A DNA stretch of 48,195 nucleotides from Aplysia californica. Taxonomy: Eukaryota. Below the pieces are notes generated by a model that saw nothing but the letters and a program-made list of their open reading frames with translations, made no database searches and had not been told where the DNA came from. The DNA lies in the NCBI RefSeq assembly GCF_000002075.1, contig NW_004797386.1, forward strand, positions 1,232,054 to 1,280,248, read 5' to 3'. Positions 23,201-36,200 of the stretch are shown one piece after another. The first letter of the stretch is position 1. The number at the start of each line of letters is the position of its first letter. The position numbers and the translations under genes were made by a program.

Positions 23201-26200
23201 TTCACATGTCTCGATTTCTATCCAAGATTGATGGGTTTTTTGTTTTTTTTTACTTCGAAAGCAAGAAAAATGAACAGGCCTAAAGATTATACCAATCACT
23301 CCATACATATATGACAAAAAATTGATGAGCGCCTGATTCCACTATGTCATGACACACATGAACTACTTCTCTTGGGCAAGCTGGAATACCAAAGGCATGG
23401 AGGATCGCCCAGATTGCACCGCTCCTGAAAAATGGGAAACCACCCGGAGAAGCGAAAAGCTACCGACCCATCTCATTAACATCATGTATCAGTAAGCTTG
23501 CGGAAAGAATGATAAACAACCGCCTCTACTGGTACCTGGAAAATACTAACAGCTTAAACCTACACCAAGCAGGCTTCAGAAAAGGCAGCAACACAGAAGA
23601 TCAACTTTTTAAACTGAGTCAAAACATCCAGGATGGATTTCAGGAGAGTAAACACACCGTCGCCATCTTNNNNNNNNNNNNNNNNNNNNNNNNNNNNNNN
23701 NNNNNNNNNNNNNNNNNNNNNNNNNNNNNNNNNNNNNNNNNNNNNNNNNNNNNNNNNNNNNNNNNNNNNNNNNNNNNNNNNNNNNNNNNNNNNNNNNNNN
23801 NNNNNNNNNNNNNNNNNNNNNNNNNNNNNNNNNNNNNNNNNNNNNNNNNNNNNNNNNNNNNNNNNNNNNNNNNNNNNNNNNNNNNNNNNNNNNNNNNNNN
23901 NNNNNNNNNNNNNNNNNNNNNNNNNNNNNNNNNNNNNNNNNNNNNNNNNNNNNNNNNNNNNNNNNNNNNNNNNNNNNNNNNNNNNNNNNNNNNNNNNNNN
24001 NNNNNNNNNNNNNNNNNNNNNNNNNNNNNNNNNNNNNNNNNNNNNNNNNNNNNNNNNNNNNNNNNNNNNNNNNNNNNNNNNNNNNNNNNNNNNNNNNNNN
24101 NNNNNNNNNNNNNNNNNNNNNNNNNNNNNNNNNNNNNNNNNNNNNNNNNNNNNNNNNNNNNNNNNNNNNNNNNNNNNNNNNNNNNNNNNNNNNNNNNNNN
24201 NNNNNNNNNNNNNNNNNNNNNNNNNNNNNNNNNNNNNNNNNNNNNNNNNNNNNNNNNNNNNNNNNNNNNNNNNNNNNNNNNNNNNNNNNNNNNNCCCAAA
24301 CAGGAAATTAGTAGAAACATGGAAACCAAAGAAACGAATTCAACAAAAGTCAATCATGCATCACATCACAGAACTAATGGAGAGCCACCATCTACCACAA
24401 AACAGAAAAGAAACCGAAAGAGTCAACCAAAACATCCCTCCCCACCTTTCTTTAAAAAAGCCAATCATTACAACTTCTCTCAAAGACAAGAGCACAAAAT
24501 CTTCAGACCCAATGACGCTGGTGCTTGCATCACATCAAACAATCGATAGCTATTCAGATGACTGGATACACGTCTATACGGACGGCTCAGCATTCAAAGG
24601 CACAACCAAAGCCGGATATGGAATACTAATACAGTACCCAGATGGAAGTTCCAATGAGATCTCTGCAGCCTGTGGAGAGAAAAGCAAAGGAGGCTATTTT
24701 TACCTCTTGCATTTACCAAAAGCTTGTTCTATTTTCCGTAAGGTCGTGGGTTCGAATCCCGTCAGGGGCCCGACGTTGTGTCCTTGGGAAAGGCACTTTG
24801 CACAAATTTTCCTCACTTCACCCAGGTGGAAATGGGTACCCTGCTATAGACAGTGAACGATCTTGTCAGTTTGATAGTGTTTGAGCGCGTGAAATCCGCA
24901 GCTTGCACTGTATGCTTCCGCGGAAGCCGAGAATGTTTCTGAGTGTTCTCAGAGGGTCTGCTGGGGTAATAATGGTTGTAAAGCGCATAGAGCATGCTCT
25001 TGAGCATGGATATGCGCTATATAAATGCAATTATTATTATTATTATTAATGCAGCAACTACGATGCAGAAATGATGGCAATTGAAACAGCACTGTACCAT
25101 CTCCGCACAGTTTTTGACACTCATCCTGGAAAAGCACAGAGTGTTGTGATTTTCACTGACTCACTATCAGTCTTACAAGCCATAGAAAATGACCATCATC
25201 TAAACCAAGATTTGACCCATATACTGTTTGGATCCCATCATCTGATAACATCCTGTGGCATCAACCTAGTAATGCAGTGGGTCCCCGGACACTCAAACAT
25301 ACCTGGAAATGACAGAGCAGACACACTTGCCAAACGGGGATCTAGACAGGAACAACCCAACACTCCAACTTCATACAACACTGCAAAACAAATCTTCAAA
25401 AGCAACAACAAACAAGATTGGATGAACGGATGGGCCCTGGGAAAGACAGGCAGAGCAGTTTTCAAACATATGACCACAACAAAAAGGAATGAGAATATCA
25501 ACCGCCTTCAGAGAAAGAAACTGACCACGATTTTCCGCCTACGAACAGAAAATATACAACTCAACTTCCATCTGAACAGAATAAACCCGGAACTTCCCCC
25601 AATGTGTCCCTTGTGTGACTATGCATATGAGACTGTGGAGCATCACCTGTTCCACTGCACAGCCCTAAATGACATCAGAGCTACCCTTCTCCCTCCGAGA
25701 CCTAACATTGACAACACACTCTATGGAACATTACAGCAACTGCAGCAAACCTGCACTTATCACTACATGGCATTGGACAGAAGGGTGAGAGCCCAGCTGT
25801 TGCTGGATCGATAACAACAACAACAACAACTCTTGGGCAAGCTATTCATATTTTACAATGAATAGAGTTAAAGACTGAAGGATTTTGTTTGGAGATCGAT
25901 AGGTTTGTGGACTAGAGTTTACAAAAACATTTTTCTTGAAGTTGAAGATAAGGCTTGGTCAGTTCTGTTTGCACTTCCTTTACAGATCTGCTGTTGACTG
26001 TTTTAACCCCCCCCGTGCTTGCATTGCATTACAACAGTCTTTCACTTGTATATAATTTGTATTTACTTGGAGGAGAAAGGGGGTGGGGGAAGGACCAATG
26101 ATCCATGTTATGTACATGATAGAGTTCTGTATGTGTCATCATTTTGTGATTATGTATTTGTTCATGTAGTAAAACTCTTTCTTTTCCACGTGTACTTCTG

Positions 26201-27298
26201 ACTGTGATTTGTTTGTATCAGTCCCTTTCTCTTTTAAAGATCTGATTTGTAATGGGTTTTCACAGGTCGAGGTGGAGCTTCCATATACGGCAAGTTCTTT
26301 GAGGATGAATTCACAGAAGACTTAAAGCACACAGGTGAGATATTTTTTCTATAACTTTGCTGATAAAGTAGGCCAACTCAAACTCAAAGTAACCTTAGTT
26401 TCAGTAAGAGTTTTATGCCTTTAACTGACGACACAATTAGGTCATATAGGTGCCGTAGATGAGAGGTGTTACAAGAGAGTAACATACTAAAAAAGGAAGC
26501 AGGAGAGATAAAGGCGATACACATTTGATAGGAAAGAAAGAACAAACCACCCCAAAGCACCCGCCAACCACCCACTACTTTGAATCATCTTTGAACAATG
26601 TGGGAAAACATTGTCTTGTTGTATTGGCCCGTATTACAAGGCACACTAGATCTAGCTATACAATGTGTTAGGAATGGAGGATGGGCCTTGTGCTTCGCGT
26701 CAGATGGAGAGAAAGGAGAAAAATTCTTCACTTTTGGGGCCGTTAATTGCTTTTATTTGGTTATTGCGACCTCGAGGAAAGCGACTTTGGTCTGTTTGCA
26801 ATCTCGTTGGAGCTGACATTCATTAAAAATATATATATAGAGGAAAAAATTGGGGATTGCCTTGTTGGGGCTGACTTCTCGTTGAATGTGACACCTACTG
26901 TATTATGTTTTACACACATGATACATGTCCAGTAATTTTAAAATCGATCTTTTTATGAATATATAATGCGCATTGAGCATTTTTTAGGAAATGGAAATGC
27001 GCAGCATAAATGCTGTTTTTTATTATTATTATTTCTGTCCTTTAGACTCTTGTGTTGCTTTTCTCCTTGTTAAGGTGCTGGCATTCTGTCAATGGCAAAC
27101 AGCGGACCCTGTTCTAACGGAAGTCAGTTTTTCTTCACGTTGGCTCCCACCCAATGGCTTGACGGAAAGCACACAATTTTTGGCCGCGTGAGCGGCGGGA
27201 TATTGGTGGTGCAGAGGATCGGCATGGTGGAGACGGACGAAACTGATCGGCCTGTGGACTCCATCAAGATCATCAAGGCCTACATCACCCCCACGTGA
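20278..27298 (+). CDS. PPIL1: Peptidyl-prolyl cis-trans isomerase-like 1 (spliceosomal cyclophilin), 4 coding exons, 176 aa
   Basis: Exons 20278-20360, 22568-22722, 26266-26334, 27075-27298, GT-AG and in frame. Translation ...[79 protein letters not shown]...[39 protein letters not shown] is PPIL1-like. AATAAA at 27360-27365. Confidence 0.97.
21370..21650. repeat. Minisatellite of ~30-bp palindromic units TATTC(G)CACAGGGTGTGTGAATAC with ~79-bp higher-order period
   Basis: Directly visible repeats. Confidence 0.85.
22752..22999. mobile_element. piggyBac-type MITE (CCCT...AGGG, TTAA TSD)
   Basis: TTAA|CCCTATCTGTACG...CGTACGGATAGGG|TTAA. Second copy at 33425-33635; partial copy ~29745-29862. 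Confidence 0.8.
23383..25829 (+). mobile_element. 5'-truncated Ingi-like (I-group) LINE: RT, RNase H and CCHC, in PPIL1 intron 2
   Basis: Motifs [82 protein letters not shown]. (AAC)n tail directly after the stop. 14-bp TSD CTCTTGGGCAAGCT at 23369-23382 and 25830-25843. Confidence 0.92.
24736..25049 (+). mobile_element. Same SINE family, 5'-truncated, nested in the RNase H region of the LINE
   Basis: Similarity to 15011-15361; interrupts the LINE reading frame between 24682 and 25050. Confidence 0.9.
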
Positions 27299-28038
27299 TG
27301 CTCACACTCGCACGCTCATTCATTGTCATTGTTGCTGATCATTTTTATCATTGTGTTCCAATAAACTACAACGCATTGCAAATCTGCTTTTGATTTTTAT
27401 TGAGAATCTAACTGCTTCAATCTTTTTCAATATGGCACTGGGCTGAAGGCTTAGATGGTCACCTCCAAAAGTTTGTGTTGTTGGCATTACAAGGGGTTTG
27501 GGTGAGTCTGGTCAAAGATCGTACTTAACAAGATAGTTCACTCAGCCAAAAGAGTGTCCGCGGAAGTCCGCACATTGCTTCAGATGACGCTGCAGTCTTT
27601 GTTTTGAAGCTCTCTTTCGTTTCTCCAGAAGAAGGATAGGAAAAGCACAGTTTGTTAGTTTCACTTTTATTGTTTTTCACACGAGTAGGGTAACTCTGAT
27701 AGGAAAGTCCGTGCTTTTTCGAAGAGGGCGCCACCGGATTTTATGGACACTTTTTTAATTGGCTCAAAGAGGAATGAAATATCCTGTTATACACCATCTT
27801 TGGTCTGGTCCAGGCATTCAGAATTTGAACCCATTTCTGAAAACAGGTTGTTTTGAGGGTTCTTTATATTTAGGGCTCTCTGACCAGTGCCTCATATGTA
27901 GTGGTTATGTGCTTGGCTGCCACATGCAGGAGACCTGAGGTCGAATCCTGAACGGGGGAAGTTTTATTGCATTGACTGGCAGGGTCGAAGCCCGCCTCCT
28001 AAATGATCTAATTTGGGTTGATGAAATAAAAATAAATT

Positions 28039-28372
28039 AATAGCATTTGTATAGCGCATATATCCCCACACGAAAGCAGGCTCTATGCGCTTTACACTAT
28101 ATTATTACCCCAGCAGACCATAGAACATTCAGAAACATTCTCAGCTTCCCGGGAAGCATACAGTGCAAGCAGCGGGTCAAGCGCTCAAACACAAACAAAC
28201 TGATAAGATCTTTCACTGTCTATAGGCGGGTACCCATTTTCACCTGGGTGAAGTGGGAAAAATTCGTGTAAAGTGCCTTTCCCAAGGATACAACGTCGGG
28301 CCCGCGTCTCGAACCCCCGAACCCGCAACCTCACGATTACGAGTCAGGTAGCCTAACCCCTAGGCCACCAAT
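28039..28372 (-). mobile_element. Same SINE family
   Basis: Similarity to 15011-15361 across head, body and tail. Confidence 0.9.
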
Positions 28373-29346
28373 GATGCCGTAAAAGTACGCTCATGAATTT
28401 TTAAAAAAGTGTTCTATTTATTAAGTTTTACGGCACTTGCAACAAAAATAGGTCAAATAAGAGTTGAAGATTAGAAGGCTTACTATTACTAGAGAGTAAC
28501 AAATACACACACCAAAAAAAGGAGAGATAAGGATAGATGTTCCATAGGAAAAGGAACAGATCACAATGGTGCACCTGCCAACCACCCACAGGCGTCACCT
28601 CTCAGTCTCTGGTAACCTCAGTCAGTGCTAGACTGGACTGTAGCTCATGCTAAAAGTTTTAGTAAGGTTTTACAGTGCTCGGAACTGAATAAGTTCATAG
28701 AGCGTTGTGGGGTGGATGTCAACAGAGAAGTCCAAACGGGGAATCAGGCTTACTCTACTCTCCTCTCTAGCTTCAAGAGCTCAAAGTCTCCTTCAACTAT
28801 CAAGGCACCCCGGAAATAGCAGGTCACAAGAGTGTGACAAACATACAAAAGAAGTAGAGGAAAAATGACGATAGTAAGGATGAGGAAAGGAAAAGCAACA
28901 GTTCCCCCTATGTTGTTCCGGCACAGTGTGAGTATGACATTGATAAATCAGCCAATTTACAACATGTTCACTGTGCATAAGAACATGTCAACATCCCCCC
29001 TTTGGGAATGGCCTAAAGACGTTTCAGTCAATAGCACTGCCCTGGTGGTGGTGGTGTGTGTGTGTGTGTGTGTGAGGGGGGGGGGGGGGGGGGGGGGCTC
29101 ACGCTAAAAACATGTCCCTGACTCTGAATATGATGAATAATATACAGACACAACAGAAGATGCAACATTCTTTTGATTTGTTTATTGCGCACAAGGTACA
29201 ACAATGGTTCATGTTATTTAAGTATTCATTTCATTCACAGACACACAGGTATTTGATTCAAACTTTACTGGCAGCAAGAAGTTGTTTGACTTCCCATAAA
29301 TCCCATCAGGTCAGAAACTGCAGTCACAGCAACACACTGGATATAT

Positions 29347-29524
29347 CTGTCCCCATGGTTTTATGCACCCCGCATAATTTAGCAAAATTTGATCATTTTT
29401 GCATAATTTCTTATTATTTTCCTTTATCATTCTTTGTTGAAATTAACAGAATCGCATAATTTCACATTTTTGGGCTCAGTTTGCATAATTTCAGAATTTT
29501 TCTTGCATAAAACGACAGGGACAG
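29347..29524. mobile_element. MITE with ATAT TSD (Sola1-like); copies at 6530-6708, 47194-47365 and a 45-bp mini copy at 30980-31024
   Basis: ATAT|CTGTCCCCATGGTTTTATGCA...TGCATAAAACGACAGGGACAG|ATAT. Confidence 0.8.
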
Positions 29525-31319
29525 ATATATTGCTAGTAAGCTGATCAAACGTACTCGGCCCAGAAAGCAATTTTTTCAGGTGATAGAAAAACCCCCCCAC
29601 TTTCATTCTTTTAACAGTTGTACCGGCACCTAAACTATGTATTTTTTACTTGCTTTTTTCAATATTTAGAATTTGAATTGCAATGAAACATTTTTTGCGC
29701 ATATGCAACTGAAACCAAAGATTAATTGAGAAAATGAATTAAAAAATGATTTTTTGAGAAATTCTCTGAAAGTTTCAAAGAGATCTTTGTACTAGAAGTA
29801 TTCTAAAATGTGAAAAATACAACCCCGGGGGTACAAAATGAACCCAGGGCGTACGGATAGGGTAAAAAATATCGTGGCCCAGTACATTTGAACAGCTGGC
29901 CCACGATATGTCAATGTACCTGAACTGTGTTCTCTCCAAAATCACCGGAAGTGCTAACTGCTATGCTATTTATTCTTTCATCCAAAATAAAACAAATAAG
30001 CAGCCAAGTCTTCAACATACAGTACAGTCAATGGAATGATGAATTCAAGGGTCATATCCAATAGTCAATTAAAAAAAAGTTTTAGTCGAGGTTTTACGGC
30101 GCTCGCAACTGCATATAAGTATAAGGTCATGTGAGCGCCAGAATCCAATAGTCCATTGGAAATTTTTCATTTAAGCTGAGCTTGCACACGTGTGCTGTGT
30201 ATAGACTATCGAGTCTGCTAGGGTAATTATACAGACTGTAACGCACATAGAGCTTGCTGTTGAGCAGAGCTTATATGCGTGATACAAATGGTCGATTTTA
30301 AGCACAAGCGGGCTATCCCGAAAAATGCTGTTTTGAGAAAATCAAAGTCAGTTTTTGGATTCTTATTCAGTCTCTTAAAAAGACAAGGAGAGTTTTCTCT
30401 ATAACCAAACAAATATACACACCAATGAAACCAAACTTCTCCTATAGGTAGGGCAATGCCAACTTTTGGTGTAGGTCAAGATTTCTGGAAACCCCCGAAA
30501 TCTGGGCTTGCCCGCTTGTCCTTTTAAAAGTGACCAAATGCTATTTATTATTATGGATTGTAATAGGCCAGACAAGTTTCACTTTCATTCCACTTAGGTC
30601 TGAGCTGTGTTCAATTTTCTGTTGCTGGCATTGAAACATAGACTAGAGTAAACACCAACAGCGGATTACTACCAAAAAAAAATTTAAAAAATGATACTGC
30701 ATCTTTTAAAAAGATCGCTGACATACCTCCCCTCTCAAATGTACTTTTATTCAATTTTCCCAGTAAATAGTGTAAATCTTTTGCTACCTGCTATTTTCAC
30801 TGACAACGGTATACTATATGATGTCGATCTAGCCAATGAAAATGAAATTGTAACGTCACTGAATGAGCCTCTTTTTCACACCATAAAGTTTCAGCACACA
30901 GCACACATCATACACTGCATAATATATATGTACCGTGCCCTGTTTCACTCATTTCACCCTCCAAGAGTTATAGATATTTCTGTCCCCGTGGTTTTATGCA
31001 CCCCGCATAAAACAACGGGGACAGATATTTGGTATTGCGTTCATCATGTGTTTTGGGCTTCTACGACCCTCCATACTAGTTCAAACACACCATTTTATCA
31101 CATTCACATCACAGAATTTTTCAGACACGTGGAGGATTAACTCATCGAGCATCACAACAAATATTTTCATACACATCTCAGACAATGAACATGAAGCTCC
31201 ATTTGATAGCTTCAGATGAAGACGAAACAAAATAATGGCACATCTCCCAAATGAGGCTGTCATTCCGTCATCCTAACTGTGCATTAAGACCAAAGATCTG
31301 CATCTGTCCAACCATTTAA

Positions 31320-32056
31320 GGGGATCCACTGGTCAGATCAGTAAAAATTTTGAAAAAATATCAGTTTTCGGATTTTGGTGTATCTTAATAGATATCAATA
31401 TCAAGGACTCATCTTTAGAAGCCTAATTCCTCTATCAAACTTATAAATAGCTGGAAAATGCATTTAAGAGAGGCAGCAATGTAGGAAAATCTTCACCAAA
31501 AATTATCTCTCTTTGCAGTTTTCTCAGAATTGTTTATCTGACCAGGTAGCAACACTATATTGAGTAGATCTCAGAAAGTTACTGTCAGAATTGTTTCAAA
31601 TTTGGACACAATCTTTTATACACATTACTCTATAACTTTACAGGAGCATTTTTGCTGTTTATGGAACACATTTGGAGTTTTAGGCCTGTTTTATTTGACA
31701 AAATCTTAAAACATTGGAGACCTGAATGTGGTGCACAGCAAGGACTGTAAGGCTCACAAGTCAGTACAGAACATTCACATTTGGCTCTGTAAGGTTGTTC
31801 TACCTACCAACAGTAATCGCCATGCCAAATATTAGGCTTCTATCTTGATGAGTGTTGATGATTGACAAAATATAAAATTGGTTTTAAAAATGCTGAATCA
31901 ATCCTTTATTTTTGATGGCTCGAGATTATTATGGCAGAAATCTTGAATTTTTTGCTTGGTAACCTTTTTTTGTACTATGTCACCGCCTTTGATGCAGAAA
32001 AGCAAGCGTTAGACCAAAAACTATAGCATTTGGGTGTTGACCATAGCTACACCCCC
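31320..32056. mobile_element. Kolobok-like non-autonomous element (TTAA TSD)
   Basis: TTAA|GGGGATCCACTGGTCA...TGACCATAGCTACACCCCC|TTAA, with an imperfect TIR. Confidence 0.55.
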
Positions 32057-32072
32057 TTAACAGACGGTAGCT

Positions 32073-32301
32073 TAGACACAGGGACTACTGCGAGGAGACC
32101 GTAGAACATCTTCTCCTTCACTGCACAAACCCGGCAGTTCTTTGACACAGGCTCCTACACACACCTACAGACTTACAAAGCCTGCTCCACTCTGGCGCTG
32201 ACCAGATGACAAGGACATGTGGTTACTTCAGGGAGGCATTGCGCAGCCAAGAGCGAAATTCTCGAAGCTAAAAGGGTTTGAAAACAACAAACAACAACTA
32301 C
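32073..32301 (+). mobile_element. Ingi-like LINE 3' fragment
   Basis: Encodes CEETVEHLLLHC; AAC-rich tail; TSD AACAGACGGTAGCT at 32059-32072 and 32302-32315. Confidence 0.75.
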
Positions 32302-33254
32302 AACAGACGGTAGCTGACTAGGGTCATCGAGTCCATGGCACACCATGTGTTTGTTTGCTTTTTCACCTGGAGCAAACTGCAGACTGCAGTGACACAACTG
32401 TTCTTTTCTGTAATTTCTGGGGAATTGATGAACTAAGATCAAATTCTCTTATGTTTAGTTTTAGTAAAAGCTTTACGGCACTTGCAACGCAATAAGGTAA
32501 TATAGGTGCCGAAGATTAGAGGTGTTACAAGAGAGTAACAAACATAAAAAAGAAGGAGGGGAGATAGAGACGATAGATGAAATTCTATTATAACACATTT
32601 GGTATCTTTCACATTAAAATCTGACCAGGAGTACGAACATGATATCAGATGTAACCATTTAAAAAAAAAAAAAAATGGTTGGGAAAAATTTAGCCTGACT
32701 GAACTTTTCCCCCTACAGGGGACTTGACGGAAGAAATGTTATGGCTGCCGAAAACCCCCCACAACAAGACGGACTCGTCAACTTCCTTCAATGGTAGGGC
32801 GCAGGACTTGAGTCTGAACACTAGCAGAGATGAGATATAAGAATTAACTCTTTGAACCCCCATCGGAGCGTCCGGTGGTAATAACCCTGTTCCTCATCGG
32901 ACACTCGGAGCGTCCAGTACTAGTGACAACTGTTTCGTTTTATTTAGTGCTAGTTCTTGCTTGTTTTTCGGAACTATTCCCGAATCAAGTTTTTTAGTAA
33001 TGACTAAGCCTTTGTTTCCGCTATTTAGAAGTTGGAGGCAAGCTTTTGGGGTTATAATGAGACATAGTGCACTAGGTTTAGGTGACTGTAGAAAAAAAAC
33101 TCAGGGCTTAAACTTAAAGAGTTCAACTGGTCCATCTATCTGACAAAAGTAATCGGACGGATGTAGATCTTTGGTCTGAATGAGTAATCACCCCTCTCTC
33201 ACATTCACACTCTGCTTTCTTTGACAATATTCATCCATTCAGGCTTGCAGGAGG

Positions 33255-36200
33255 TCATTTCCAGTCTGAGGCGTATTTGAAACCTTTTGCCTCCAAGTCC
33301 GCTTTTGCCTCGGCTACTTGCTGCAGACAGAAAAAAAAAAAAAAATGTAAAAACGTCATCATGTTGTATTGTGAATGAGAAAGTCAAATTTTCAAAACTG
33401 ACATATGACAAGACTTTTGCTTAACCCTACCCGTACGCCCTGGGGTCATTTTGTACCCCTGGGGTTGTATTCTTAACATTTTAGAATACTTCTACTGCGA
33501 AGATCTTTTTGAAACTTTCAGTATTTCGCAAAAAATCATTTTGACAGACTGCTATGCAAAGCGTACGGATCGGATTAACAAGTAAATTTCCTCTTTGGAA
33601 AGTGGTAGTAAAACATGACGTACGGATGGATAGGGTTAAAAGATGATTGTTTCATAATTTTGAAGAAGCTGGTTTCAATAATGGTAAGGCATGAGTTCGA
33701 TCCCCGTGTGGGAAGGAGTTTAATCAAGTACGTGTATGTTTATCTTTTTGTTGGGATGTTGTATCCCAATCATCTCTAGTTTAGTTTTAGTAAGTGTTTT
33801 ACGGCACTTGCAACACAATAAAGTCATATAAGTGCCGAAGATTAGAGGCGTTGCAAGAGAGTAACAAACACAAAAAAGAAGGAGGGGAGATAAAGACAAT
33901 AGATATTTGATAGGAAAGAAGGAGCAAACCACACCAGAGCACCCGCCAACCGCCCACAAATCATCCCTCAATAGCCTTGATGATAAACAGGGTCGAGGCA
34001 GCCCATCCCCTACATTATCACAACTGGTATAGCAGTCAAGCACACTGACTGAAGTGTCTTTAGGCCATTCCCAAAGGGGAGACATTTCTCGTTCTAATGC
34101 ACAGTAGAACTGTAAAATGGGCAGATCTAACAATGTCAAGCTCATAACGGTGCCTGAACTACAACAGGAAACTGCTGCTTTTTCTTTCCTAATCCTTACT
34201 ATCGGCATTTTCCTCCACTTCTTTTGTATGTTTGTCACATTCTTGTGACTGGCTATTTTCGGGGTGCCTTGATAGACGAAGCAGACTTTCAGCTGTTGAA
34301 GTGAGAGAGGTGAGCAGGGTAAGTCCGATTCCCTGTAAGGACTTCTCTATTGACATCCACCCCCTTGGCGCTCATATGACATTATGTAGTTGTAAGCGCT
34401 GTAAAACCTCTACTAAAACAACAAACAACGCAGTCAGGCACTTCTCTGTCCCATGTAGGAGACCCCACTGTGATTCCCAAGGGAGGAGAAAAATCTTTTT
34501 GAGTATCTCCGTCTCTCTGCAGGGATGCACCCCTCTCAACCTGCCTTGGCCCTGACAGGCAGGGTCAGAAGCCAGCCTCCTAAGTGATCTAAATTGTGTC
34601 GAAGCGGGCGTAAAAACACCAACATTACTCCACCCCCCCTATAAATAAGCATTTTAATTATTTACAAAACCTTCAGGAAGGTGGGTGGTTGGCGGGTGCT
34701 CTGGTGTGGTTTGCTTCTTCTTTCCTATCAAAAAATCTATCGTCCTTATCTCCTCTCCTTCTTTTTTTATGTTTGTTACTCTCTTGTAACACCTCTAATC
34801 TTCTGGCACTCATATGACCTTATGCAGTTGCGAGCGCTGTAAAACCTCTACTAAAACAAAATCAAACCGTCTGGAAGTCTGTTTCAATATGCATCTAAAC
34901 TTTTTTATACGAAGGGCAAAGTCACAAGCTATTTACAACAACTGAGAAGTGGACACAACAAAGAATGAAACAATCACCTGCTTTAATTCCTCCGATGCTT
35001 CCACACAGTCGTTAAACGTCGTCACTCTGTAGCCAACAACCGCCAGCGAGAAACACTACACAGAAGACAAAAAGAAAGAAATATATGTGTCACAACACGG
35101 TGGAATTATGCGCTCGTCCATTTGTGGGCATATGGAGTTATCGGTATCATCTGAAAGATTGTTCATTTGCCTTGCTTTCGATGAAAAAAAATCTATTTAC
35201 CTAGCTTAAAAGTTGAGATATTTGCGATTGAAGGAGGTGGGGTCATCTGGTTTCAGAAGTAACCAGTTTATGAGGATGCCAAGATTCAGCTGCCAGTAAC
35301 TAGAAAGCGCTTCTCATGTCTTACCTGAATTCTTTTACATTTGCTCGTAGCCAAAGATATAACTCACTTTTACCATCACATTATCAAAGTTGGAAAAAAT
35401 AAACTGTAAGTAAGCAAACATAGGTAGTCTTTATTAAGACTTTGTTTTAGTAAGAGTTTTTGGCACTTGCAACACAATAAGGTCATATAAAAGTGCTGAA
35501 GATTACAGGTGTTACAAGAGAGTAACAAACTCAAAAAAGGAGGAGGGGAGAGAAAGATGATAGATGTTTGACAGGAAAGAAGAAGCAAACCACACCAACC
35601 ACCCGCATTAAGACTTTGATTTTGATCACGCATACTTACAGCAAAAACCATCAGTAGGTACAGCGGTAGCTGAAAACAAAAAGTATAAATAAGGAAAAAT
35701 CAAGTGAAGACTAAAACTTACACTTAAAGGTCAAAGTGCTTGAAAATATTTTTAAATAAGTAAAGTTGAAATTGTACAAGATGGCTACTCATTTTAGTAG
35801 AGATTATCTTCAGACTAAGGACACAACACACAAGACTGAGACAACATATGTACAAATGTTTTAAACTAGTACAATCACCAAAATGCCAGTGTGGAGAGGC
35901 GGACCAAACTGTTGAACACACCTTTCAGCACTGCAAGACACACAGGGCCCTGAGACAGGAAACGTGGCCAACCCCACTGACGCTACAAGAGAAGCTATAC
36001 GGGCCGCCAGATGAACTGAGCAGGATGGCCCAATTTATGACAGATACCAGACTTCAAGTGTGATGCGATCGAGAAGAAGATGAAGAAGAAGAAGATTTTA
36101 GTAGAGGTTTTACGGCGCTCGCAAAGTAGAACTGCATAAGGTCATATGAGAGCCAGAAGATTAGAGGTGTTACAAGAGAGTAACAAACATAAAAAAGAAG

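Noticed and set aside
23640-24353. Long ORFs spanning N gaps (also 68-412, 11194-11640, 19107-19442)
   Set aside because: Their length is an artefact of N runs; only the LINE-derived and PDCL exon parts are meaningful.
30691-31140. 149-aa ORF
   Set aside because: No recognisable domain; it runs through a mini-MITE and is probably antisense to the DPM3 3' region.
33720-34238. 172-aa ORF and the many similar 'GGCSGVVCFFFPIK' ORFs
   Set aside because: These are chance translations of repeat families A and B, and the frames are not conserved between copies.
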